The notes: a model not told the origin generated them from the sequence alone. A stretch of 14,005 bases of DNA from Pedosphaera sp. (GCA_031414955.1 JANOQV010000307.1:1-14005), one strand, 5' to 3'; shown: positions 1-7,059, counted from the first letter of the stretch. A program made the numbers and translations.

Positions 1-85
1 GACCGCACTCCAAACGCTCCGCGCGGCCCAAGGCGTTGGCGGCGGCGCGCCAGCGTTTGGAGTGCGGTCGCTTTAGCGCCGCTTT
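1..85. repeat. REPIN-like inverted repeat, family A (left arm truncated by window edge)
   Basis: 1-18 GACCGCACTCCAAACGCT is the reverse complement of 52-69. 52-85 is identical to 13972-14005. The arm has GGAG followed by a short hairpin, typical of REP architecture. Confidence 0.85.
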
Positions 86-252
86 TTCACCCGCCTGTCC
101 GCCGGTTGAAGGAACACGGTGGCACCTGCCAGCTGCGCCCGCGTCCTGGGGCACTCAGTTTCGTGGCTTGCCTCGCAGCCGCGCGCTGTGTTTGCTTCTG
201 CCGCTGCGCAGCCTACAAGCTGCTTCAACGCCGCTTTCTCACTCAGGCAAGA

Positions 253-426
253 ATGTTTGGCCGCAAAGAAAAAAAGCACGGGCTGTATTATCTCCTCCCG
301 GGGATGACGCGCGCCAATCGCATCAAGCGTCGGCGTGTTTTCTGGTATGCGGTGGTGGTGGGCATCCTCGTGGCGGCGGCCACGGCTGGGGTCATGTTTC
401 TGGCCAACTGGGGGCCTCGGCCTTAG
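253..426 (+). CDS. Small single-pass membrane protein (57 aa), hypothetical
   Basis: ATG at 253 is in frame with ORF 106..426. MFGRKEKKHGLYYLLPGM..., a basic stretch (RIKRRR), then a hydrophobic helix (VFWYAVVVGILVAAATAGVMFL). The stop overlaps the convergent TSUP stop. Confidence 0.65.
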   Translation: MFGRKEKKHGLYYLLPGMTRANRIKRRRVFWYAVVVGILVAAATAGVMFLANWGPRP

Positions 427-1250
427 CGGAGCGGTAGCAATTGTTCCTCCAACCGGGGCGGGCCAGGCGAGACGCGGACCGGCTCGGGCCGGAGGTGTTC
501 ATAAGCAAGCTTCGCAATCATCAACACCACCACTCCGAGAAAAATTCCGCGCACGAGACGATTCCCTTTGAGCATGGCCAGCCGGGTGCCAAGCAGGGCG
601 CCGGCCACGTTGCAGGCGCCCATGGGCAACGCGTAGTGGTAGAGAATGTCGCCGTGGGCCGCAAAGACGAGGACAGCGGCGAGGTTGGTCGCGCAATTGA
701 TGGCCTTGGAACTGGCCGAGGCCGTGAGGAAATCGAAACCAAACAGACCGATGAAGATAAAAATCAGGAAGCTGCCCGTGCCTGGGCCAAAGAAGCCGTC
801 ATAGAAACCGAGCACCAGGCCCACCACCACCGCCAGCAGGCGTTCGTGGTCGGCGAGAAACTTGGGGGCGTGCCGCTGGCCCAGGTTTTTCCGCGCGTAG
901 GTGTAGATGGCCACGGCCACGAGCAGGAAAAGAATCAGCGGCTTGAGGAATTCACTGCTCAGGCTTTGCACCACGCGCGCACCCAGGGCCGAGAAGACAA
1001 AGGCCGCGCCGGTCGCCGGCAGGATGGAGCGCCACGGAATGGCCACGCGTCGTGAGTATTGCCACACCGCCACGCTGGTGCCGCAGAGGGAGGCCAGCTT
1101 GTTGGTGCCGAACGCGAACGGTAGCCAGGAAGCCAGTTCCTTGGGCAGAAAAACCAGGAGAGCCGGCAGTTGAATCAGCCCGCCGCCGCCCACGATGGAA
1201 TCAACGAAGCCGGCGAGGAAGGCGAACAGGCAGAGCCAGGTCAGATCCAT
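423..1250 (-). CDS. TSUP family (TauE/SafE, YfcA-like) transporter
   Basis: Motifs AGFVDSIVGGGGLIQLPAL, GTNK, GFYDGFFGPGTGSFL and G...G.LLG; multiple hydrophobic segments. Confidence 0.93.
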   Translation of the reverse strand: MDLTWLCLFAFLAGFVDSIVGGGGLIQLPALLVFLPKELASWLPFAFGTNKLASLCGTSVAVWQYSRRVAIPWRSILPATGAAFVFSALGARVVQSLSSEFLKPLILFLLVAVAIYTYARKNLGQRHAPKFLADHERLLAVVVGLVLGFYDGFFGPGTGSFLIFIFIGLFGFDFLTASASSKAINCATNLAAVLVFAAHGDILYHYALPMGACNVAGALLGTRLAMLKGNRLVRGIFLGVVVLMIAKLAYEHLRPEPVRVSPGPPRLEEQLLPLR

Positions 1251-1253
1251 TCG

Positions 1254-2837
1254 CTAGGGAGAATTCTGGTTGGCGGCGGAATCACTCGGCACGGCCCGCG
1301 GAGGAGAAATCAGCGACACCAACCAGGCGACACCGAGCGTCACCACCGTACCGATGAGCGTGAACCACGGCCAGAACACTTCGCCGCCGAAGGTGGCAAT
1401 CCACCAGGGCTTGATCGCAGGGATCTTGGCCGGCCAGTAGAGGAGGCACATGACGGTGACCGAGGTGATCATGCCGGACATGGTCGCGCGCGCGCCGAGG
1501 CGGCGCCAGAACAGGGCGATGATGAGCGAGCCAAGGAGCGCGCCAGCGGTGAGACCACGGAGCGAGAAGGCGGCGTTGAGGACGAACGTGACTTCGCGGG
1601 TGAGATACGCCGTCAGCACCAACAACGCGGCCCAGAACACGGTCGAGTATTTGCTGAAGCGAAGGAAGTAGTCCTCGTCGCGGCCCTTCACCATCTGCTT
1701 GATGAAATCCATCGTCGAAACGGACGCGAGCGAGGTGATGGCCGAACTGATGGAGGACATCGCCGCCGACAAGATGGCGACGATGAGGAAGCCTTTCAGG
1801 ATGTGCGGAACCTCGGTCATCATGAAGATCGGGAAGATGTAATCGTTCGAGGCAATGCCGGGGCTGGCTTCGGGCAACGGGATTTTGAGCATGTGGCCCG
1901 TGCCCTTGTAGTAAACCCAAAGCATCACGCCGACCATCAGGAAAATCAGGAACAGGGGGAAGACGAGGACCGCGCTCAGGCAAAGAGCTTTGCGGCCCTC
2001 GGAGACGGAGCGGCAGGCAAGCACGCGCTGGACGATGAGCTGTTCCGCGCCGTGGGTGGACATCACCATCACGGTCGCTCCGATGACGCCCATCCAGATG
2101 TTGAACGGCGCGGCGAAAGTGAACTTCGTGTTCAACCAGGCGGTTTTGCCGGCCGCGCCGGCATTGGCCAGCGCCGCGCTCCAGCCACCGTCGATGAGCG
2201 TGGGAATGTAAACGAGGGCGAAGATACCGCCCGCGAGGAAGAGGCCGAATTGAACGGCATCGGTCCAGATGACGGCCTTGACGCCGCCGATGTAGGTGTA
2301 GACGAGCGAGAGACCGACGAAGATGAGGATGGCACCGAGGACGGGATGCACGAGGCCGCCCAGGCTACAGACGGTCGCGCCGAGCATTAGCTGAATCGGA
2401 ATGCACGCGACGTAAACGCGGACGCCGGCGGCCATCGTTTCGAGGAAGAGGAACAAGGCCGCCGCGAGCCGGCGCGGCCCCTGGCCGAGGTGTTGTTCGA
2501 GCAACTGATAAGGCGAGTAGATCTCGCCCTTCAGGTAATGCGGCACCATCAGGATCGCCAGGATGATGCGGGCCAGGACGTAGCCCACGATGATCTGGAT
2601 AAACATGATGTTGCCGCCGTCCGCGTAGGCGTAGGCCGGCACTCCGATGATGGTGAGCGCGCTCGTCTCCGCCGCCACGATGGAGAAACCGATGCCCCAC
2701 CAAGGGATGTTCTTGCTGCCGAGAAAATAGTCGCGCGTGGTGCGCTGATCTTTGCCGAACCAGACGCCCAGCCCGATGATGCCGAGCAGATAGGATCCGA
2801 TGATGAACCAGTCACCGGCGTTGAAATATTGCGGCAT
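1254..2837 (-). CDS. Sodium:solute symporter (SSS/SLC5-like) family protein
   Basis: Motifs DYFLGSKNIPWW, SIVAAETSALT, YTYIGGVKAVIWTDAVQ, Q..VQRVLAC and AAMSSISS.I.SL; many TM segments; ends 3 nt before the TSUP start (probable operon). Confidence 0.95.
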   Translation of the reverse strand: MPQYFNAGDWFIIGSYLLGIIGLGVWFGKDQRTTRDYFLGSKNIPWWGIGFSIVAAETSALTIIGVPAYAYADGGNIMFIQIIVGYVLARIILAILMVPHYLKGEIYSPYQLLEQHLGQGPRRLAAALFLFLETMAAGVRVYVACIPIQLMLGATVCSLGGLVHPVLGAILIFVGLSLVYTYIGGVKAVIWTDAVQFGLFLAGGIFALVYIPTLIDGGWSAALANAGAAGKTAWLNTKFTFAAPFNIWMGVIGATVMVMSTHGAEQLIVQRVLACRSVSEGRKALCLSAVLVFPLFLIFLMVGVMLWVYYKGTGHMLKIPLPEASPGIASNDYIFPIFMMTEVPHILKGFLIVAILSAAMSSISSAITSLASVSTMDFIKQMVKGRDEDYFLRFSKYSTVFWAALLVLTAYLTREVTFVLNAAFSLRGLTAGALLGSLIIALFWRRLGARATMSGMITSVTVMCLLYWPAKIPAIKPWWIATFGGEVFWPWFTLIGTVVTLGVAWLVSLISPPRAVPSDSAANQNSP

Positions 2838-2881
2838 GAGGGGCGCGCGAAGTAAGACCGGCAGCAGGGACAGGAACGCAG

Positions 2882-3160
2882 TTAATCTCCGTAATCACCG
2901 AGCGTGCGATCAAAGGTCAAATCCCACGGAGTCCGCACCAGCGCCTCGAAGGTGTCCTTGCTCGTGCGCGTGGGGGCGGTGATGGGCAGCGCCACCGTCC
3001 AGATCGCGCCGCCGAGCAGACTGGCGGCGAAGGTGAAGGGCCGGGCGATGAATACATCCACGGCGACCTCCGCAAAACGCCAGCCGTAATCCTCGCCTGC
3101 GCGCACGGGACTGGAGGTGAGCATCAGGGCGAACAGCCCCACGGTGAAAAGCTTTTTCAT
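2882..3160 (-). CDS. Small secreted/membrane hypothetical protein (92 aa), D..IARP...LP...LV..P...TF.R.LG type
   Basis: Signal peptide MKKLFTVGLFALMLTSSPVRA; SD-like GGGAG just before the ATG; motif pattern recalls a widespread small-protein family (from memory, not searched). Confidence 0.8.
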   Translation of the reverse strand: MKKLFTVGLFALMLTSSPVRAGEDYGWRFAEVAVDVFIARPFTFAASLLGGAIWTVALPITAPTRTSKDTFEALVRTPWDLTFDRTLGDYGD

Positions 3161-3169
3161 GGTGCTCCC

Positions 3170-3198
3170 GAATTAACAGCGCATTCAGACGGTGGCAA
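3170..3198 (-). promoter_or_regulatory. Putative sigma70-type promoter for the 92-aa gene
   Basis: Minus strand TTGCCA-N17-TAATTC, 9 nt upstream of the ATG; only a partial consensus match. Confidence 0.3.
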
Positions 3199-3218
3199 GC
3201 GCGGAAACGGTGCCGGCG

Positions 3219-3326
3219 CGGCGCGCGGGTTCTCAACCCGCAGCCAGCCACTCCGTCAGAGTATCTTGTGAACTGGGTGGCGGTGCCGCAGGCCGGGTGC
3301 GGCGGCGGGATAAAAAACCACGCTCC
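3219..3326. repeat. Degenerate REPIN-like element, family B
   Basis: Hairpin GCGGGTT-CTC-AACCCGC; 3223-3260 matches 8161-8198 at 33/38 nt; degenerate inverted arm ending ...CGCTCC at 3326. Confidence 0.7.
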
Positions 3327-3331
3327 GCGCC

Positions 3332-4000
3332 TCAGACCCCGATCAGTGCCGTGGCCGGAAAGGCCAGCCCGGCGTTCAGCGCCGCGTCGAGGCCCGCCGG
3401 GATCCGTGCCGACTGCTCCGACATCAGCGCCGTGCCAGCCGCTTCGGTCAGTCGCAGCGACTTGGCCGACGATTGGATGAAGCCCCCCACCGTCCGCTCA
3501 ATGTAATTCTGCAAGCCCTGCCGCAGCGGCAGCGAAAACGTCGCCAGGCTGACGCCATAGACCAGCGTGTGCCAGCCGAGTGCCTCGCCGGCTTCGAGGG
3601 CGGCGAGGTAACGCTGCACCAGCCGCTGATCGCGCATCGGGCGCAGGCGGTTGAGCTGGCGCTGGCCGACCCGGCAACTGGCCACCGCAAACGGTTGGAT
3701 TACGATCTGCCCGCGCAAGGCCGCATCCAGAGCGATCAGTTCCCGCGCCTCCCCGCGCGCGGCATGTTGATAGGCGGCGACAATCGACGGCAACTCGACC
3801 GGTATCAGCACTTGTTCGCGATAGCCATCCAGGAAGTTCCTCAAAGAAGTCAGGTCGGTGACGTGACGCCATCCGAGCGCGCCGGGGGTCAACCCAGTCC
3901 GTGCGATTTCACCCGGCGAACCGAGTTGATCGAGCAACGGATGCGCGTCACCCAGTAATTCTCCGGTCGCGCGCGGGTCCAGATGTGTTTCCACAATCAT
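3332..4000 (-). CDS. UreF-like (urease accessory fold) protein, divergent
   Basis: ASCRVGQRQL, H.LVYG...LPL..GL..Y and FIQSSAKSLRL follow the UreF pattern. GGAG lies 5 nt before ATG 4000 (alternative GTG at 4003). No other ure genes in the window. Confidence 0.65.
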   Translation of the reverse strand: MIVETHLDPRATGELLGDAHPLLDQLGSPGEIARTGLTPGALGWRHVTDLTSLRNFLDGYREQVLIPVELPSIVAAYQHAARGEARELIALDAALRGQIVIQPFAVASCRVGQRQLNRLRPMRDQRLVQRYLAALEAGEALGWHTLVYGVSLATFSLPLRQGLQNYIERTVGGFIQSSAKSLRLTEAAGTALMSEQSARIPAGLDAALNAGLAFPATALIGV

Positions 4001-4209
4001 CACTGCTCCATTTTTCCAAGCGGAAGCTTGGGACTTTGGATTGAACCGAAGCTACGCCCGCGTCCAAGGGCGGCAAACGGAAATAGTTTTTTCACGGGAC
4101 AAAAAAGCATTGACGCAGTCAGCGCGGCGGCGGCTTTTTCGTGAATCGGCGCGCGGACATTCCAGTTCGCAGCCACGCCGAATAAGAGCGGCGCTGGCTT
4201 CGGAAGGAA

Positions 4210-4351
4210 AAGCACCAAGCTCCAGAGAAACCCCAAACCCCAAACCCCAAGATCCAAGCAGGGCCATGAGTCCCGCGAGGATGGCGCGCTGCACGGGGTT
4301 GGTTTGGTGCTTGGAGCTTCTCTGGAGCTTGGGTTTTGGGGCTTGGTGCTT
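4210..4351. repeat. Inverted heptamer-based repeat (AAGCTCC/AAACCCC-type units), family C
   Basis: CCAAGCTCCAGAGAA (4215-4229) is the reverse complement of 4318-4332; both arms are built from ~7-nt units; abuts the deoC stop. Confidence 0.8.
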
Positions 4352-5033
4352 AGTATCCCCCCGTCCCCGCCAACCCCTTCACAATCGCCACCCCGGCCGA
4401 CGTCCCCAGCCGCGTCGCGCCCGCCAGGATCATTCCCTGCGCCACCGTTGCGTCGCGAATGCCGCCCGATGCCTTCACGCCGAACTTCTCGCCCACGCAC
4501 TCGCGCATCAATTGGATGTCATGCGTCGTCGCGCCGCCGCTGCTGAAGCCCGTCGAGGTCTTCACGAAATGCGCGCCCGACTCCACCACCAGCCCGCAGG
4601 CGCGGATCTTCTCCTCCCGCGTCAACAGGCACGTCTCCAGAATCACCTTCACCGTGCGCTCGTCCGCCGCCTCCACCAGGTCGCGCAACTCGCGCAACAC
4701 ATACGCGGCGTCGCCGTCCTTGAGCCGGCCGATGTTCAACACCACATCGATCTCCTGCGCGCCGTCATCCACCGCCGCCTCCACTTCGAGGCGCTTGGCG
4801 TCCGTGGTCATGGCGCCGAGCGGGAAGCCGACCGTGCAGGCCACCTTCACCCCGCTGTTCTCGACCAGCGCATAAGCCTGGGCCACGCGCGAGCCGTTCA
4901 CGCACACACTCCAGAAACGATGCTCGATGGCCTCGCGGCACAGCTTCTCGATGTCCGCCGCCGTGGCCTCCGGCTTGAGCAACGTGTGGTCGATGTATTG
5001 GGCGATGGTCCTGGGATTCAACGGCTCAGTCAT
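4350..5033 (-). CDS. deoC: Deoxyribose-phosphate aldolase
   Basis: Motifs IDHTLLKP, VGFPLG, EIDVV, KVILET, FVKTSTGF, VKASGGIR and RLGTS. Confidence 0.98.
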   Translation of the reverse strand: MTEPLNPRTIAQYIDHTLLKPEATAADIEKLCREAIEHRFWSVCVNGSRVAQAYALVENSGVKVACTVGFPLGAMTTDAKRLEVEAAVDDGAQEIDVVLNIGRLKDGDAAYVLRELRDLVEAADERTVKVILETCLLTREEKIRACGLVVESGAHFVKTSTGFSSGGATTHDIQLMRECVGEKFGVKASGGIRDATVAQGMILAGATRLGTSAGVAIVKGLAGTGGY

Positions 5034-5040
5034 GCGCGGT

Positions 5041-5069
5041 GTTCTAAGGGGCGAGGCCCATGATGTCTA
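5041..5069 (-). promoter_or_regulatory. Putative promoter for (near-)leaderless deoC
   Basis: Minus strand TAGACA-N17-TAGAAC, 7 nt before the ATG; no SD sequence. Confidence 0.4.
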
Positions 5070-5107
5070 GCCCGCCGCGGTTAGAAGCGCTGCCGACGGC
5101 ACAGTCA

Positions 5108-5779
5108 TCACTGAAGTTTCTTGAGCACCTTGGTCTGTCTCTTAATCATCTTGGTGCTTGCCTGATACTCAACAAATACATAACCGCCGCTAGGGTCTCG
5201 AAGCTGACGCCAACTCGTGCGCGTAGCCTTGTCGCCAACGCTCACGTAAACATTGGCGTCCAAACTTCTCTCCGCTGCCTTCTCTGCCTCTGCCAGTGCC
5301 GCGTCGTATGCCTGCTGAATCGCGGGGGCCTTGGGAAAAACCAACGTGAGAGAAAGCCAACGTCTCTCCGGCTTGATGCCCGGTAACGTCTTGTTCTCTT
5401 TGGTCTCGACGAAGTATGCGCCGGCGTCTTGGGTGCTACTCTTGATGCCACGAAACTCGTCCATCGTCATGATGCGCTTGTCGGCTGCCTTGTAAGCAAG
5501 CGAGCCTGAATACTGCGACTGCTTCATTGCATCGTCTCCGACGAAACCCATCGCAAGAATGTCCCGCGACGAATCAACCAGAACGGCGGACTCCAACGCA
5601 CTCCGAACAATCTTGTCAACGGTGGCTGGTGGCGGTGGCTGGCCGAAGAACGTAACATAGCAGACGAGTCCGCCGCCTGGAACATCGTCGAACGTGACCT
5701 CGAAAATCTTCCGTGAAGCCGCCGCCGCAGTCATTGTCAGCGTGGCCGCGATTATGAGTGTGGTGATGAATGTGCGCAT
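5108..5779 (-). CDS. Hypothetical secreted protein (223 aa) with an apparent internal duplication
   Basis: The ATG at 5779 gives signal peptide MRTFITTLIIAATLTMTAAAA; the ORF-track start at 5800 overlaps the upstream gene. Confidence 0.8.
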   Translation of the reverse strand: MRTFITTLIIAATLTMTAAAASRKIFEVTFDDVPGGGLVCYVTFFGQPPPPATVDKIVRSALESAVLVDSSRDILAMGFVGDDAMKQSQYSGSLAYKAADKRIMTMDEFRGIKSSTQDAGAYFVETKENKTLPGIKPERRWLSLTLVFPKAPAIQQAYDAALAEAEKAAERSLDANVYVSVGDKATRTSWRQLRDPSGGYVFVEYQASTKMIKRQTKVLKKLQ

Positions 5780-5781
5780 GG

Positions 5782-6276
5782 TTAGGCCGTTCTCGTCCAT
5801 TCGTTTCGTATCCTCGCTGCATCTTTGTCCATTTGTTCTTTGCTGAAACCAATCGTAATCAAATGTGCATCGGTTGCAGCCTGAAATTGCTTCATCAACG
5901 CAAGGGCGTCGTCCGCTATGGTCTCAATCCTCTGCACCAATCCCAATCGCTTTGACTCTGAATACATGTCACCGTGGCTCTCGTGCCGGCTGTAATGCAC
6001 AAGCCAATTCCGCTTTTCGACGAAGTGATCGAGTTGGTCGAGAAGTGTTTGCGGAGCATTCTGGGTCGATTGGATTGCTCGGAGTAGTTGGCCAAGAGTG
6101 CTTTTGCCTGTTTTCGAGAACATTTTTTTCACCTCTGTTCGCGCAGTGGCTAGAGTCGCCTTATGAACGAGCACAAGATACGTGCCGACAGTTTCCTCTA
6201 GTACCTGGATCTGCCAGATCGCAAAGCCTACTTGGGAGGTGGCCTCGGCCAGTTGCTCATGTGTTAGAGGAGGCAT
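5782..6276 (-). CDS. Hypothetical helical protein (164 aa) with R-x4-H motif, HEPN-like
   Basis: KSTLGQLL followed by R89-NWLV-H94; the TAA stop lies inside a GCCTAAC box; the ATG is a few nt after the R'-like end of the attC. Confidence 0.75.
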   Translation of the reverse strand: MPPLTHEQLAEATSQVGFAIWQIQVLEETVGTYLVLVHKATLATARTEVKKMFSKTGKSTLGQLLRAIQSTQNAPQTLLDQLDHFVEKRNWLVHYSRHESHGDMYSESKRLGLVQRIETIADDALALMKQFQAATDAHLITIGFSKEQMDKDAARIRNEWTRTA

Positions 6277-6279
6277 AGC

Positions 6280-6373
6280 GGTCTACGACCCAAGCGCAGC
6301 GACGGCGAGCCGGGGGGCGCTGGATTGCCAACCGTGACGTGACCGATCCGTTAGGCGCTGCGCATGGTTAGCA
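6280..6373 (-). mobile_element. attC-like recombination site (degenerate)
   Basis: Minus strand TGCTAAC-CAT-GCGCAGCG...CGCTGCGC-TTGGGTC-GTAGAC. It has an R''-like box, an 8-bp perfect inner inverted repeat, a central variable region and an R'-like end lacking one T (GT-AGAC versus GTTRRRY). About 94 bp. Confidence 0.7.
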
Positions 6374-6401
6374 GTTGCGGTCATTTCGGATTCGGCGTGG
6401 A

Positions 6402-6956
6402 TCATGGCTGTTTCCGTGCTAGCATCGCTTGGGCTGCGGCTGATTGCGTGGATGAATGAGTCTGAGCGGCGGATGCAGTCGATGGAGAAGGAAATGCCGA
6501 ACCTGATCGAGTGGCCGTACTACTGGAAACTGTGGTAGGAGGCTGAACAGCCTGATGCCACGCGAGCCATGAAATAAGTGCCGCTGCAACGCCTACCACG
6601 ATGCCCACGATGACGAGCCAGAACGTAGGAACGATAGTCCAATGTGGTTCTGCGTCCTCTAAATCATGAATCTCCTGACCAATTACTTCGATCATGCTGT
6701 CGGCGATTCCTTGTCGCTTTTCGTCCGGGGTGTTCCTGTCTTGGTAGCGGTCTTGGAACTGGCCGAGTTGCTGACGATGCTTGTCGTTGGTCATCAGCGC
6801 TCGCACCTGATTGCCCCATTCGGTGAGCGGCTTTTGTGTCTCGGCAACTCGCTGCGGGTCATCCTGGCCAACGAATTGAATGTTCGGAGTGAATCCGGGA
6901 ATACTCGGGAAGCAATACAACTTCCGGAGTTTCTTCAATCGTTCAGAGCGTCTCAT
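6402..6956 (-). CDS. Hypothetical protein (184 aa) with one TM helix and a Ser/Thr/Ala-rich C-terminal tail
   Basis: ATG at 6956 (TTG 6962 alternative); TM segment FWLVIVGIVVGVAAALISWLAW; stop 28 nt before the attC-like site. Confidence 0.7.
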   Translation of the reverse strand: MRRSERLKKLRKLYCFPSIPGFTPNIQFVGQDDPQRVAETQKPLTEWGNQVRALMTNDKHRQQLGQFQDRYQDRNTPDEKRQGIADSMIEVIGQEIHDLEDAEPHWTIVPTFWLVIVGIVVGVAAALISWLAWHQAVQPPTTVSSSTATRSGSAFPSPSTASAAQTHSSTQSAAAQAMLARKQP

Positions 6957-7031
6957 ACGCAAGCATCAGTTAACAGGGATTCGTCCGCAATCTGCGGTTA
7001 AGCATAGCGGTGGTTTGGGAACCATGGCGGA

Positions 7032-7059
7032 AGACTAATCGCTTGAAACTCGTTGTCCA
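7032..7059 (-). promoter_or_regulatory. Putative promoter driving the cassette-like array
   Basis: Minus strand TGGACA-N16-TAGTCT, oriented into the array and divergent from fabD. Confidence 0.4.

Larger units (their letters stand above)
5080..7003 (-). mobile_element. Degenerate integron gene-cassette array without integrase (CALIN-like remnant), three cassettes
   Basis: Three co-oriented ORFs with lower GC than the flanks; attC-like site at 6280-6373; R''-like boxes GCCTAAC (5781-5787) and TTCTAAC (5080-5086) at or after the gene ends; no tyrosine recombinase in the window. Confidence 0.65.

Noticed and set aside
120..136. Sigma54 promoter (TGGCAC)
   Set aside because: The -12 TTGC element is not at the required spacing.
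1170..2390. 406-aa plus-strand ORF
   Set aside because: Antisense to the well-supported SSS symporter; no recognisable domain.
4210..4351. CRISPR array
   Set aside because: The units are 7-nt degenerate repeats in inverted arms, with no repeat-spacer periodicity and no cas genes.
4041..5063. 340-aa plus-strand ORF and the 4000..4500 and 4052..4294 minus-strand ORFs
   Set aside because: They overlap deoC and translate the heptamer repeat (LGFGAW, PKPQ patterns); not credible proteins.
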